Below are positions 26,876-40,340 of a stretch of DNA of 64,000 bases, piece by piece. The translations under genes and the position numbers were made by a program. The notes beneath the pieces were generated by a model that saw only the letters and a program-made list of their open reading frames with translations, did not search any database and had not been told where the DNA came from. Numbering within the stretch: the first letter of the stretch is position 1; every line of letters begins with the position of its first letter. Location: the NCBI GenBank assembly GCA_951406725.2, contig OX597814.1, positions 73,098,001 to 73,162,000 of the forward strand. Reading direction: 5' to 3'. The stretch is from Octopus vulgaris. Lineage: Eukaryota.

Positions 26876-29805
26876 CTCTTTTACTCTTTTACTTGTTTCA
26901 GCCATCCGGCTGAGGCCATGCTGGGGCACCGCCCTTATTGCTACCCTCTCTAAGTCCAGTTTGCCGTGGCTGGCCACTGATCTAAGAGAGAGTTTGTAGC
27001 TGCTGCCCTTAGGTTACCTTCGTACCTTGCAGTGGGTTCATCTGGGATCCCGGAAAGCAGCTTGTCTAGATGTTTTTTGAAAATGTCCACATCCGCATCA
27101 TGTAGATCTCTTAGTTTTCTTGGCAGTTTGTTGAACAGCTGAGGGCCCCTGAACCCCAGGCTATTACAGTATCTGCTCCTTACCCTGGATGTGGAAGACG
27201 GGACCTTTGGCACCACACAGTGACGTCCTGTACGGGGATTGGAACAGCTCTCAATTCCAAAATTTGGTGCTAGTCCCTCCAGGATTTTCCATATGTATAT
27301 CACTGCATATCTTTCTCGTCTTCGTTCCAAGGAGTACAAATTGAGTTCCCTAAGCCTCTCCCAATAGTTCTTTTCTTTCATGGTGGAAATCCTCTTGGTG
27401 AAATGTCTTTGGATTGTCTCAAGCTCTGTGGTTAGTTTGACACTATGCGGTGACCACAGTTGGGAGCAGTAGTCCAGGCGGCTTAGGACAAATGTCCTCC
27501 ATAGTGTCAACATGGTCTCGCAGTCTCTTGTCCGGAATGTCCTCAGGATCCAGCCAGTGAGTCGTCTGCACATTGTCGCCACCTTCGCGATGTGTGAAGA
27601 AAAAGATGCATCGTCACTCATGTCTATCCCCAGGTCCCGTATTGATTTCGATACTGGGATTTCGATCCCTCCTGGACCAGTATAGTTGTGTTGTAATGTA
27701 TATGTGTTTACAGCTTGATATTGTAAGGCTTGAAATTTACCAGCATTAAATTGCATGTTGTTGTCTTCAGCCCATTTGTATATGGCATCCAGATCTTGTT
27801 GTAAAAGGTCAGCATCAGCTGGGTTTTTGATTGCCTGTGCTACCTTTGTGTCATCAGCATAGCTAGTGAGGGATGTTGTTTGTGCTACCAAGGGCATGTC
27901 AGAGAGCGCCACCAAAAACAGCAAGGGTCCCAAGACTGTGCCCTGTGGCACCCCGCTTGCTATTGGTGTCTTTCCCGAGAGGGCTCCATTGGCTGCAACC
28001 ATCTGGCTTCTGTCCTTCAGGAAGTCATGTATCCACTCACCTACTTTTCCTGTTATGCCGAGTCTGAGTAATTTGTGACATATCACTCCGTGGTCGACTT
28101 TGTCAAAGGCCTTCGCAAAGTCGAGATATACCACATCCACCTGTGAGCGATCCAGTAGTTGTTTCAGTACCCAGTCGTAGTGTTGTAACAGCTGCGTAAG
28201 GCAGCTTCTTCCTGGGCGAAAGCCATGCTGTGTGTCAGTGAGACGGTTAGTTTCTTCGAGGAACGTGATCAGTTTTTTTCTGATGATTCGTTCCATGACC
28301 TTACTTATGTGTGACGTCAGGGAGACTGGCCTGTAGTTTTTGGCCTCTGCTCTACTCCCTCCTTTGTGGATAGGGCATATGGTGCCTTCTTTTAGCGCCC
28401 TGGGCAGTTTACCGTTAGCCAAGGAACCACTGAAGAGCTTCTTCAGTGGTCCCGCTAGGGCATGCCTGCATGTTTTTAGGAGGACTGCTGGGAATCCATC
28501 TGGTCCAGCAGCTGAGTTTATTCTCATTTCTTCTATGGCAGATATTACATCCCTCTCTGTTATGTCTATGTGGTCGATGGTTGTTGTTTGGTTTTGGAGT
28601 GTTGTGGCATCAAAGAAAACTTCTGGGTTTGTGATTTGCATGTGCCCCAGAGGGGATGTGAACACACTTTTATACTGTTCCTTTAGTATTTCACTTATCC
28701 CTTGGGGGTCCTCAGTTAGAGAGCCCTTTTTATCAAAGAGTGGGCCAATCTTGCAGTGTACCGAGGTGGTTTCTTTCGCAAATTTAAAGAAGGCTTTAGG
28801 GTTTGTTTTAATATTCTCTATGGCCCTGGCTTCTCTCTCTGCCCTCTCCTTCTCATAGGAAAGTTTGAGTGCAGTTTCCGTTTCAAAAAGTTTCAGGTGG
28901 AGTCCCTCATTGTTTCTCTGCCGTGCATTCAGTTGCTTCGAGAGCTTAGCTCTTCGCCTCATAAGTATTTTCCTGTCTCTGGGAATAACGTTCCTATGCC
29001 CGCTGGCTTTTTTCTCCGGGACAAACTTATGGCATATGTTCTGTATTGTTGTCATGAAATGTTGGAAATGTGTGTTGGTGTCTTGTGTGGTGATGAAGTC
29101 ACTCCAGTCATGTTTTCGGATCTCTTCGTTGATCTTCTTCCAGTTTGCCTTATGGAAGTTTAGACTGGATAGGCCTGTGGTATTTTCTAATGGCTGCGTC
29201 TCAACTAACTCTCTCATACCATATATCATTACCTCTACTAAGTTGTGATCTGAGAGAATTGTTGGTGTTACCATTATGTTGTGGATGAGCATCGGGTTGC
29301 TTGTGAAACAGAGGTCCAAGACATTCTCACCTCTTGTTGGCCGAAGCACTGCTTGTTCCATGAAAAACTTGCGTGTGAGAGCCAACAAGGACTCTGTCTG
29401 TCTCTGTTCAAGTGATGTCATTCCAGGGAGGAGATGGCCATCTGGCCATTTGACTTTCGGAAGGTTAAAATCTCCCAGCAGTAGAATGGTGTTACCCTGG
29501 TCCAGTTTGTCCAGGACTTCTTCTATTCTTCTGAGGCTATCTTCAAACACTCCTTCATGACTAGGGGTGTCTGGTGGCCGATATGTGACACATATTACTA
29601 TTTTCGGTTGTTTCATGTGTACTATCAGTGTGTCACAGACTGAGTTTGAGTGTGTCAACAGTACTATGGGTGTGACATCTTCACGGACGTACAGGGCAAC
29701 CCCACCATGAGTTCTTTCCTTCCTGTCTGACCGAAAAACAGTATACTTTGGTATGTGTATTTCTGCATCTGCTATACTGCTTGACAGGTGCGTTTCAGTC
29801 AGCGC
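26876..29805 (-). mobile_element. Family A LINE copy with uninterrupted APE-RT frame, cut by the assembly gap
   Basis: Continuous open frame from ALTETHL (29805) to the stop at 26950 (~950 aa). The (AGTAAAAG)2 tail abuts (TA)n. Confidence 0.96.
26950..29805 (-). CDS. LINE ORF2: APE endonuclease + reverse transcriptase (5' part lost in gap)
   Basis: APE and RT motifs with no stops or frameshifts. The N-terminal part of the listed 1115-aa ORF crosses Ns and (CA)n and is not real. Confidence 0.9.
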   Translation of the reverse strand, partial: ALTETHLSSSIADAEIHIPKYTVFRSDRKERTHGGVALYVREDVTPIVLLTHSNSVCDTLIVHMKQPKIVICVTYRPPDTPSHEGVFEDSLRRIEEVLDKLDQGNTILLLGDFNLPKVKWPDGHLLPGMTSLEQRQTESLLALTRKFFMEQAVLRPTRGENVLDLCFTSNPMLIHNIMVTPTILSDHNLVEVMIYGMRELVETQPLENTTGLSSLNFHKANWKKINEEIRKHDWSDFITTQDTNTHFQHFMTTIQNICHKFVPEKKASGHRNVIPRDRKILMRRRAKLSKQLNARQRNNEGLHLKLFETETALKLSYEKERAEREARAIENIKTNPKAFFKFAKETTSVHCKIGPLFDKKGSLTEDPQGISEILKEQYKSVFTSPLGHMQITNPEVFFDATTLQNQTTTIDHIDITERDVISAIEEMRINSAAGPDGFPAVLLKTCRHALAGPLKKLFSGSLANGKLPRALKEGTICPIHKGGSRAEAKNYRPVSLTSHISKVMERIIRKKLITFLEETNRLTDTQHGFRPGRSCLTQLLQHYDWVLKQLLDRSQVDVVYLDFAKAFDKVDHGVICHKLLRLGITGKVGEWIHDFLKDRSQMVAANGALSGKTPIASGVPQGTVLGPLLFLVALSDMPLVAQTTSLTSYADDTKVAQAIKNPADADLLQQDLDAIYKWAEDNNMQFNAGKFQALQYQAVNTYTLQHNYTGPGGIEIPVSKSIRDLGIDMSDDASFSSHIAKVATMCRRLTGWILRTFRTRDCETMLTLWRTFVLSRLDYCSQLWSPHSVKLTTELETIQRHFTKRISTMKEKNYWERLRELNLYSLERRRERYAVIYIWKILEGLAPNFGIESCSNPRTGRHCVVPKVPSSTSRVRSRYCNSLGFRGPQLFNKLPRKLRDLHDADVDIFKKHLDKLLSGIPDEPTARYEGNLRAAATNSLLDQWPATANWT

Positions 29806-29905
29806 NNNNNNNNNNNNNNNNNNNNNNNNNNNNNNNNNNNNNNNNNNNNNNNNNNNNNNNNNNNNNNNNNNNNNNNNNNNNNNNNNNNNNNNNNNNNNNN
29901 NNNNN
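29806..29905. other. Assembly gap (100 N)
   Basis: Run of exactly 100 N. Confidence 1.
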
Positions 29906-30760
29906 TACAAGTGTAATGTATGTATGTGGGTGTGTGTGTGTGTGTATGTGTACGTGTGCGTGTGTATGTGTGTGTGTGTATGCGTGTGAGTGTGGGTGTA
30001 TGGGTGTATGTCTGTGTGTGTGTATGTCTGAAGTGGGTATGTGTGTGTATGTATGTATGTGTGTGTGTGTGCGGGTATGTGTGTGTGTGTATGTGTGTGT
30101 GTGAGTAGGTGTGCGTGTATGTATGTGGGTAGGGATGCATGCGAGTGTGTGGGTATGTATGCAAACATACGCAAGCGCACATCCGAAGCAAGCCCACACA
30201 CACGAAGCGCGCTCACGCACACAACGCACAAGCAGTGCAACGCAAGCCCAAAGGGGCCGACCGAGCCCCCAGCGCGCGCCAAGGCGCGCGAGCGCAAAGG
30301 CCCTCGAACGCTCCGCTACGCGGGAACCGAGGATCCATCAGCCAAAACCGGAAAGCAGAAAAGAGGGGGGCTGCCTGGATGCAAAAAGGTGTATGTGTGT
30401 GTGCATTCAGTGTACGGGTGTGCATGTGTGGGTATGTATGTATGTATGTGCCTACATGTATGTGTGCATGTGTGTGTGTGTGAGGTATGTACGTGCGGTG
30501 TGTGTGTGTGAGTGTGTGTGTATGTATGTGCGTATGTATGTGTGTGTGTATGTGTGTATGTATGTCTGTGTGTGTGTGTGTGTAAGTATGTATGCGTGTG
30601 TGTATGTATGTGTGTGTGTATGTGCATGTGTGTCTGTAAGTGTGTGTGATTAAATGTGTGAATGTATGTACGTAGATGGGTCTACGTATGTGTGTGTGTG
30701 AACAGGCGTGTGGGAGGTAGGTAGGTGGGTGGGAGGTAGGTGGGTGGGTGTGTGTGGGTG
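29906..30760. repeat. Degenerate (TG)n/(TATG)n low-complexity contig end
   Basis: Noisy TG-rich sequence next to the gap. Confidence 0.8.
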
Positions 30761-30770
30761 GTGTGTCCGG

Positions 30771-30805
<35 letters not shown>

Positions 30806-30809
30806 GGTC

Positions 30810-31814
30810 TCAAGAGGAGGGGGCTGTGTTAAGTCCGTGTGGGGTGGTAGTTTGTAGGGTGAAGATGTAGCGTTGCTCCAAGTGGAGCCTGGAAAGTGGG
30901 CGACCATTGTGGGGGGCGAGACCAAACACTGAGATGTCATCTCGGGAATGGCCGGCCGAGCGGAAGTGGCGTGCGACGGGAGAAAAAGAGTGTAGGCGAA
31001 CGTCCCTCAAGTGTTCAGTGAAACGGTCGGACAACCGGTGTCCCGTCTGACCTACATACAGCATCCCGCATAGGTTGCATTTAATGCAGTAAATAAGGCC
31101 AGACGAGGTGCACGTAAAAGAGTGCCTAATGCGTACAGTATGCAGGTTGGAGCCGGTGACAGCGGTGGTGTTGGTGATGAAGGGGCAAGTGTTGCAGCGG
31201 GATCTAGAGCAAGGGAATGATCCGTGTGGGGCTGAGGGGGAAGGGGAGAGGGTGCTGTGGACCAGGAGGTCACGCAGATTGCGGGCTCGTTTGAAAGAGG
31301 ACAGGGGTGGGTTAGGGAAAATGGGGCGGGTGGTGGGATCAAGCTGGAGGCGACGGAAGGCACGTAGTATCTTGCGACGAAGGGGTAGGGTAGAGGGGTG
31401 GAAAAGGAGGGGGAAGGGGGTGCGGTTGGGGGGTGGGCGGGGGAAGGAGACAAGGCGGTAGTGCGGTCGATGCGACGGGCGCGGGTGAGGGCATCAGAGA
31501 GGAGGTGGGTGGGTAACCTCGGAGTCTGAACATGCGGGCCAGGTATTGAGATTGGGTCTCGAAATCCTGGTCGCGGCTGCACAAACGTCGGAGGCGGAGG
31601 AACTGGGAGTAGGGGATGGCTCGTTTGGTGTGGAAGGGGTGGGAGGAAGAGAAGTTGAGATAGAGGTGGGAATCCGTAGGTTTAAAGAAGGCGGTGGTGG
31701 TGAGAGAGCTGGAGGGGTGATCGATGCGGAGAGAGATGTCAAGGAAGTTGACAGAGGTGTTGGAGATGGTGGAGGTGAATTGAAGAGAGGGGTGAAAGTT
31801 GGAAAGGAAAGAGA

Positions 31815-31863
<49 letters not shown>

Positions 31864-31973
31864 CCCTTCAATGTGCGATATATATATAGCTCAGCTAAAC
31901 GTGTGTGTGGGTGGGGGGGGGGGGGGTCGGGACGGGTGTGGAAGTGTTGGAGGGCTAGGAGACCGTCATTGTG

Positions 31974-31975
<2 letters not shown>
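30810..31975 (-). mobile_element. Second Neptune-type Penelope-like element, partly corrupted
   Basis: Minus strand gives [62 protein letters not shown] and [11 protein letters not shown], homologous to the 23.7 kb element. TA/TG runs disrupt the RT. Confidence 0.85.
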
Positions 31976-32977
<1,002 letters not shown>

Positions 32978-33439
32978 GTTTTTTGTGTGACATATCATAG
33001 CAAATAAAATATATTTTTTTTTTGTGTGTTTTGTGTGTGTGTGTGTTGTTTTGTGTTTTTTGTGTGTTTTGTGTGTGTGTGTTGTTGTTTTTGTTTTGTG
33101 TGTGTGTATTATATATTTTTTTTTTTATTTATGTGTGTGTGTGTGTGTTTTGTTCTTTTTTTTGAGTGTGTGTGTGTCGAATATAAGATGTTTTTGTGTG
33201 TGTTATCTTTTTTTGTGTGTGTGTGTGTGTGTGTGTTTTTTATATTTTTTTTTTTGGTGTGTTTGTGTATTTTTTTTATATTGTGATGTTATTTGTGTTT
33301 TAGTTGTTTGTTTTTTTTGTTTTTAGTTTATTTTTACTATTTTTATATTCGGTCTTTTTTATTCTTCGGGACGTGTTTTTAATTGCTTGTGTTATGGGCC
33401 TTTTTTTGGAGATATTATAATGTGTATTTTGTTTTGTGA

Positions 33440-33609
33440 TAAACATAGCCCACTACAACGCGAGGATGTGGAACAAATATAGTATTATTGGACGCTCAAG
33501 AAAGAAGGAAAGAAGGAGAGTTTAATGTTTTGAGCGGAGCTCTTCGTCGGAAACATAGGCGAAGGGAAGAAAGAGGAAAAAAAATCGCCAATGGTACACA
33601 CGAGGTCAC
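33440..33609 (-). mobile_element. PLE terminal-repeat-like segment with decayed hammerhead (33520-33554)
   Basis: Minus strand GUUU-CCGACGA-A-GAGC-UCC-GCUC-AAAAC-AUU-AAAC has the same layout as 25878-25915, with G>A changes at CpG positions. The downstream TGAGCG..AATAC resembles 25935-25955. Confidence 0.6.
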
Positions 33610-34104
33610 ATATATATATATAAAAAGATGCATATATAACTGTGCATGCATACAAGAATAAGGGGAAATAAAGTATGTAATCTTATTCATTTATGACAAT
33701 ACAGGATTTAGAATTGAAGTAAAATTTAATAAAATATATCAATGATATATAACTGTTCAAACATTTTTTGTTTGGAATAAAGAAAAGAGATATGAAATGA
33801 TACAGCCAGAAAACTTAAATAGTTTGGTGTGGAGAGACATAGAGATGTAAAACACTAAACTATTGTAATAGTTTAAATACAAAGCATGAACTTAATATAT
33901 ATAGTATTGATATATTCAAGTAAGAAATTCATTCAGAGACTTAGTTTACAAATAAACAACAGATAAATAAAAGAAATATACTAGACATAGAATTCTTTGG
34001 GATAGCAACTGTTCAATATTTCTATATAAATATAACCAACGAACTAACCAACTAATTATGTATACAATAATTAATATTTATGTAAGCATATTTATAATTG
34101 TGTG

Positions 34105-34640
34105 TGTGGGTGAACTTTTCTATCATCCATTTTCTCCATGCTTGCATAGGTTAGATGGATCTGCTCCAGCACAGCATCTTGTTCTTTGTTGCAGTCCACT
34201 GTCATCTTTGTGAGGTTAAATATCTTGATATCAGATTTCACCACTTCTCCCCATGTCTTCCTCAGTTTTCCACTTCCACCATTTACTTTCATTTATATCA
34301 TCTGACACTTATTTACCCAATTATCATCTTCCATATTCATACCCTCACAGTTTTAATTCTTGCACACAACTGATTCCTCTTATATTTAGCTTTTCTCACA
34401 GTTTATTGTGTGCTGTCATTCTTGTACACTAACATATTCTTGTACACTAACATTATATATCCTGTAGAGCATGCATGCCTAATTTCTTTAAAGCCTTCTC
34501 ACATCCTATGCATTCAGAGCCCATGTTACACTCCTGTTTCTCTACCATGCAATATTGCACTTTGCATATTTATGACTTCATTTGGAGAGAGGATCCCTAC
34601 ATTGCCAGCTCCCAAAATTTAATCCATCCTATATTCTTGT
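34105..34640 (-). mobile_element. Old degenerate RTE LINE 3' fragment
   Basis: Minus-strand GKLRKTWGEVVKSD resembles GRPRKTWDEVVKHD of the RTE at 47.7 kb. RTE-type AGCATGGAGAAAATGGATGAT tail. Confidence 0.6.
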
Positions 34641-35269
34641 CCTAGCTGCTGGTAATAGATGCTGTCAACTACATTTAGGGAGCCTTCTGAGTGTTTGAAG
34701 GAATTAATTTCATAAGTGCTTTTGTTATGATATTCCTGTGAATACATGAATGAAATATTCTTATCTTTTTTGAACCAGGATACAAGGTCATAGGTATGCA
34801 GAATTTTCCAGAGACACCAGTCTTAAACTTCTATAATGACCCATGAAAACTAAAATAAAAGGGCATTCAGAATTGACCCTTGATGGACACCTATTTTGCA
34901 TGCTATTAGCTTTCACCTTCCTGACATCACTTCTCTACATAGCTTACCCAGCTGTCACAAGCCAGTTATCTACACTAAGTTTTCATAGTGACCATTAGAC
35001 TACAGAAGTGGTAGCTTGTTAAAAGCCTTCTATAGATCACTGAATGTTAGACATAGTGATTATGCACATGTATATTTATTGCTGTAGAGGCAATACAAAG
35101 TTACCCCTGCCTCTCTCTCTCTTCCTCTGAGATGACCATGTATTACCCTTATAGCATGATACCTTTTTCTGTTCTTCTATCATAGTTTCACCTTTCACCA
35201 CCTGGCACAAAGCCATTCTCCCCCCACACCACTCCCTCCCTCGGTTGAGGGGTCTTGTAAATTACTTGC

Positions 35270-35470
35270 TGACCTCATCTGTGCTGTTCCAATAAAGAAC
35301 ACCCAGAATACTCTGTGAAATGGTTGGCATTAAGAAAGGCATCCAGCTGTAGAAATTGTACCAAAGCAGACAGTTGAGCTTGGTGCATTCTTCTAACTTG
35401 CCAGCTCCAGTCAAACTATCCAACCAAGGCCAGTATGGAAAACAGATGTTGAATGATGAAAATGGTGATG
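35270..35470 (+). mobile_element. RTE 3'-tail-derived repeat (RTE end or RTE-tailed SINE)
   Basis: TGGTTGGCATTAAGAAAGGCATCCAGCTGTAGAAA...CCAACC..ATGGAAAACAGATG matches the RTE 3' ends at 48480-48637. Confidence 0.7.
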
Positions 35471-36278
35471 TAAACATAGTTGTATGTAATCTCACAATCT
35501 GAAAAGCCTACGTTAGTTTTGTTTTTTGCTTCTGGTATGAAACAGAAATTGACAAATATCATTCTGGTATATTTTAGAAGTTGATACAGGGTCAAAGACT
35601 GCCAATTGTTCACTGCCACAATTCTAGTTATTTATAGACAAATAGAAAGTATGCATGAAGTTGGTAGAGTATTAGATAACAGAGAGTTCACTTTACTAAC
35701 TTGCCTTACATTCACATACTAACAGCTATATTTTCTGTCTGTTTCTTTTACTTAATAACTCTTACTTCTACTATTAGCTTAGCCTCTATCTATGTCTCTC
35801 TGTATAAACCAATGTAACTGTTTCTATCTTACTCTTTCATAAACATTATCTTGTGCATAATTTATTTCATAATCAAAAAAAAACCTGATCACTTTTTTAT
35901 ATACTCTATGATACTAATCTTGATAAAACTGTAAATAAAATCCTTTAATTACACAAGTTAGTGGGTTTCATTGGTCAAGACTGAGAGTTGTTCATATGTG
36001 GTTAAAACAGGTTTCCAAGACCAAATACTATACTTGGAAAACCTAATTACATTTAACACATCATGTCCTTGACCAAAATATAAAGTAACAGCAGAGAAGA
36101 TTAGAATAAATAACATATTAAAACTGAAAGAAAAGATAAACAAGACTAAGATAAATAACAAAATGCCCATTAGTATTGAATATATAATGTCAAGCTTCAT
36201 AAAATATATGAGTATATATTCATAAACATGTAAATATATGTGCATATACTCACATCATAAATATAGATAGTGTAAAAG

Positions 36279-36730
36279 CTTGGGCATGGACACATTGAAA
36301 CTCCGGCATCTGGCAACTGACTTGGCAGACACCCATAAAATTATTAACCATCTTACAAACAATACACTCTGAGCACCTTTTCAAACTTCCACCCGTCTAA
36401 CACTCCGTGGACATATTTACAAAGTCAGAAAACAGCACAGCTCCCATGACTTTCGGAAACATTTTTTCATGCTAAGAGTTGCTGAAGCATGGAACAAACT
36501 GCCAGCATCAGTTGTTAGTTGTCGGAGCACTGCATCCTTCAAAACTTCCATGCTTCCTGAGATTCGCCAACACTACACCTTATTTTCTCCCCTCCATACA
36601 TGTGCAAGCATGTATCTGACTCATACACTGTTCGCTTTCCAGACATTTGTACATTATTGCATCTACTTTATACACACTTTCTGACAAGTTGTGGTGCACC
36701 TGAGCATGGTACACAATAATTTCATCATTA
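36279..36730 (+). mobile_element. CR1/L2-group LINE 3' fragment, family D
   Basis: Near-identical reverse complement of 36800-37240; encodes FMLRVAEAWNKLPASVV. Confidence 0.85.
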
Positions 36731-36799
36731 TATCATATAAACACTTTTTTTTTCTTTTCTGTAAAAACTGAAGAAATTTTCACAAGTATGATCTTAATA

Positions 36800-38092
36800 T
36801 AATAATAATAATGAAATTATTGTATACAGTGCTCAGGTGCACCACAACTTGTCAGAAAGTGCGTATAGAGTATATGCAGTAATGTACAAATGTCTGGAAA
36901 GCGAACAAAGTATGAGTCAGATACATGCTTGTGTGTGTATGGAGGGGAGAAAATCAGATATAGTGTTGGCGAATCTCAGAAAGCATGGAAGTTTTGAAGG
37001 ATGCAGTGCTCCGACAACTAACAACTGATGCCGGCAGTTTGTTCCATGCTTCAGCAACTCTCAGCATGAAAAACTGTTTCCTAAAGTCATGGGAGCTGTG
37101 CTGTTTTCTGACTTTGTAAATATGTCCATGGGTGTTAGACAGGTGGAGTTTGAAAAGGTGCTCAGAGTTATGGTTGATAATTTTATGGGTGTCTGCCAAG
37201 TCAGCTGCCAGACGTCAGAGTTTCAATGTGTCCATGCCCAGGGAAGTAAGGCGTTCAGAATATGGCAAATGCTTGATGGAGGGTATTCTTTTGGTTGCAT
37301 GTCGCTGAACGGCTTCCAGACGATTGATATCCTGGGCAAGATACGGGTTCCAGACCGGTGATGCAAATTCCAGGTTAGGTCTTACCATAGCTATATAAAG
37401 CCGCAGATAGATAGTCGGAGAGCGGCTCACAAAGGATTTGGTGAGTGATGCCAAGACACTCTCAACCTTCTTGACAATTTTAGCGATGTGTTTTGTCCAA
37501 CGCAAATCACTGTCGACAATAACACCCAGGTCACGTTCACATGAAGACTTTTTGAGATTAGTGTTGTGGAGGGAGTATGGACGCTGGGTTTCTCCTCCCA
37601 AAATGCATGGTGGTACATTTGTCCACAGCCAGCTTGAGTTGCCAGTCCATGATCCACTGCTGCATTGTGTCCAGGTCTGCTTGCAATAGAGATCTATAGT
37701 ATACAGGATCTGACCTCTTTATTTCGAGGTACAGCTTGATGTCATCTGCATATTTCAGTACTGCGGCATTCTTTAAGTTGGCATCTATGTCATTAACATA
37801 TGCAACAAATAAAAGGGGGCCAAGAACAGATCCCTCTGGTACACCAGATGTCATCTCATAGGGTGAAGAGTGCTGTCCTAGAACTGTGACAACCTCTTTT
37901 TGGTCAAAAATAAAGGACTTCAACCAGTTATAGAGTTCATCTCTTACGCCCAATGCAGAGAGCTTCACCATAAGTCTTTTGTGTGGCACAGAGTTAAAAG
38001 CCTTAGCAAAGTCCAGGTAAACAACATCCACCCAGGATCCGCAATCAGTGATTTGGGTAATGTCCTCAAGAAACTTGATGAGTTGAGTTAAG
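36800..38092 (-). mobile_element. CR1/L2-group LINE, family D, 5'-truncated RT
   Basis: [48 protein letters not shown] and WNKLP; (ATT)n tail. Confidence 0.92.
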
Positions 38093-38306
38093 AACAGATA
38101 ATATATCAAAATAAAAGTATTACTTGCCTGGAAATAAATATATACTTCCAAATTATGGTATCTTATAGGAATATACATTTACAAAATTTAAGATTTTTCT
38201 GACTAATTTTCTAAAAATGAGGTGAGTTCTGTAAGCCATTGGTTTGAAATACACTGAAAACCTATTGAAGTTTTGGACTTACAGTCAGGCTAGAAAAGAC
38301 CTTTAA

Positions 38307-39392
38307 GCCTTTCGTTACTATATTTCTGACCAAAATACACCCCTTATGTGTTTCAATTAATTTCTAACATAATCATAAATTTAGTCTGGTTTCATTAAAC
38401 AACTATAACTTTTTTATTTATCAATATATTAATGTGATTTTTGGAAGATAATTTAATGAAATATTCTCAACCAATTCTATACTATAATTTTTGTCACAAA
38501 GTGACTCTAATTGCAGGTAGATACAGGTAAATTCAACAAAATATAAAATTATTAAAATTTTGTTCAAACATCGCTATAGAAAATGGGTTATTAGCTAATA
38601 TTCAATTGGGTATACAACAAAATTTTACGATAGAATTTGTTATTCTGGGTAACTTTCTGATACCCATAATAATATTTCTGGCAAAATAGTCTTAATTTCA
38701 TTTAAGGTTGTGGGAAACCACTAACTATCCTTTCTTTCGCTTTGTTTACATTTAGCGTAACGGTTCATTTCTGCCGTAATGGTTTCAAAAAGGCTCATTC
38801 GAAAAAGTAAAAAGAAATAGTCTAAGGCTTTACTCTCCTGGGAAAGTCTGTGGCTTGGTCCAGTTTCTTCAGAAAAATCACAGAAAGAAACAGTTTTTAA
38901 ATTTTCACTCCATTCAGGTGCCAATTCATTTTCTTTATCGCTGTCGGAGCTCTCGGATTCACTGTTTTCACTTTCGGAAAATGAAACATCAGATTCATTA
39001 TCAAATACCACGTGCTTTTTTTTTCCAGTCATAGAGCTAGATTTATGAAGGTCTTCAGTAGAAAATCCTTCGAATTCTGACTCGCTGCTTGATATAATGA
39101 AATTCGTATCCATTTTTTGTCAGAATTACAAATTTTGAAAACACAATAGGAACAAATTTCGGAAAAAAATCTCCCAAAATTCACGGAATTAAAATTACAC
39201 TTCGATTGTTGTACAAAACTGTAGTTGAACTGTTTATGAAGTATAATACGTGTTTTCACGAATGTACTAAAGAGATTTGCTCTGATATTCTCATTTAAAT
39301 ATGAATAGGTAAATACGGGCGGGTTTGGTCGGTTTGGTCACATTAACCAAAATTTTTTTCGGGCGGCTTTCGGCAGTTTGGTAACAAAAGGG
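38307..39392 (-). mobile_element. Internally deleted piggyBac-like DNA transposon
   Basis: TTAA on both sides (38303-38306, 39393-39396). Imperfect TIRs GCCTTTCGTTACTA / TGGTAACAAAAGGG. ORF 38721-39113 has an acidic N-terminus then W..F..TGP..LDYFFLLF..ITAEMNRYA, typical of a piggyBac transposase N-terminus; no DDD core remains. Confidence 0.85.
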
Positions 39393-39499
39393 TTAAGCCA
39401 GATCCATGAGATAATTTGCAAGTGGAATATTAAGAATTGCTGTTGTTTCTTAATTCAAAGTTTATTTAGATCAAGTTTCCAGGCTGAAACAGCTAAGAT

Positions 39500-39910
39500 T
39501 TTACTCCCTGGAGCAAAGGCAGGTGAAGTATGCAGTAACATACATCTGGAAGATCCTGGAAGGAATTGTGCCAAATTTTGGCATTGAAAGCTACACCAAT
39601 GCCAGAATGAGTTGACACTGCAAAGTGCCATAGATCCCAACAATGCCATTGCGCTTCAGGACCAGTTACTGCAACAGCCTGGGGCCCACATCTTTTTAAT
39701 ATTCTCTCAAAGAGCCTGCGGGATCTATACAAAGTGGATGTAGGTGTTTGCAAATCAAAAGTAGACCTCTTTCTGTCAAGAGTCCCAGAGGTGCAAATGA
39801 GGGTAGTGATATCAAACTCATTTATTCATCAAATAAAAAAACAGTGTAGCAAAATGGTGGTACCCCAGCATGGCCACAGCTCTGAGCTGAAACTACAAAA
39901 AAAAAAAAAG
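39500..39910 (+). mobile_element. Decayed 3' fragment of an A/B-related LINE
   Basis: [18 protein letters not shown] remnant, then 3' motif GGTGGTACCCCAGCATGGCCACAGCTCTGAGCTGAAAC and an A-rich tail. Confidence 0.8.
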
Positions 39911-40204
39911 AAAAAAAACAGACTTACATTATTGAAATGAATTCCATTTGTGTTCATTCCTGCTAGGAGTATGAAGGATTACATTATCTCATGAGTCCTT
40001 TTTTAAGGTGAAAGTTTGTGATCAAAAGGGGATTAGTTTGTTATTTGTAGCAAGTTGAACCATCATAGAATGTTTCTCTCATTCACAAGTGTTTTTCCAG
40101 GATTATAATACAACACTGTTGACAATCTACTATCTGTCAATCTTTTGATGAATTCTAGATGAATTTTATAGGGCCATAAATAAAAGTGTAACACCAACAC
40201 TTAC

Positions 40205-40340
40205 TTCTCTTTCTTGATGTAATTCTTTTTGAAATTGAGCTTTCAAGCCAGAAAGTTGTTCCTGTAACTTCTTTATACATTCTTCTTGACTGGAAGACTT
40301 CTCTTTCATAAGAGTTAACTGTGTATCTGTTTCAGTAAAC
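40205..40340 (-). CDS. LRRC45: LRRC45 exon (FTETDTQLTLMKEKSSSQEECIKKLQEQLSGLKAQFQKELHQERE)
   Basis: 136 nt, AAG acceptor, GTAAGT donor; coiled-coil composition. Confidence 0.85.

Noticed and set aside
28340-29560. Antisense ORFs repeated in each LINE copy
   Set aside because: Shadow frames of ORF2; they recur only because the copies are near-identical.
29806-30297. N-terminal extension of the 1115-aa ORF
   Set aside because: Reads through 100 Ns and low-complexity sequence from another contig.
30100-30400. GC-rich odd sequence next to the gap
   Set aside because: No recognisable motif or repeat; lies in a noisy contig end.
35490-35625. Candidate next LRRC45 exon
   Set aside because: No coiled-coil similarity, and the phase-0 frame ends in a stop before a donor.
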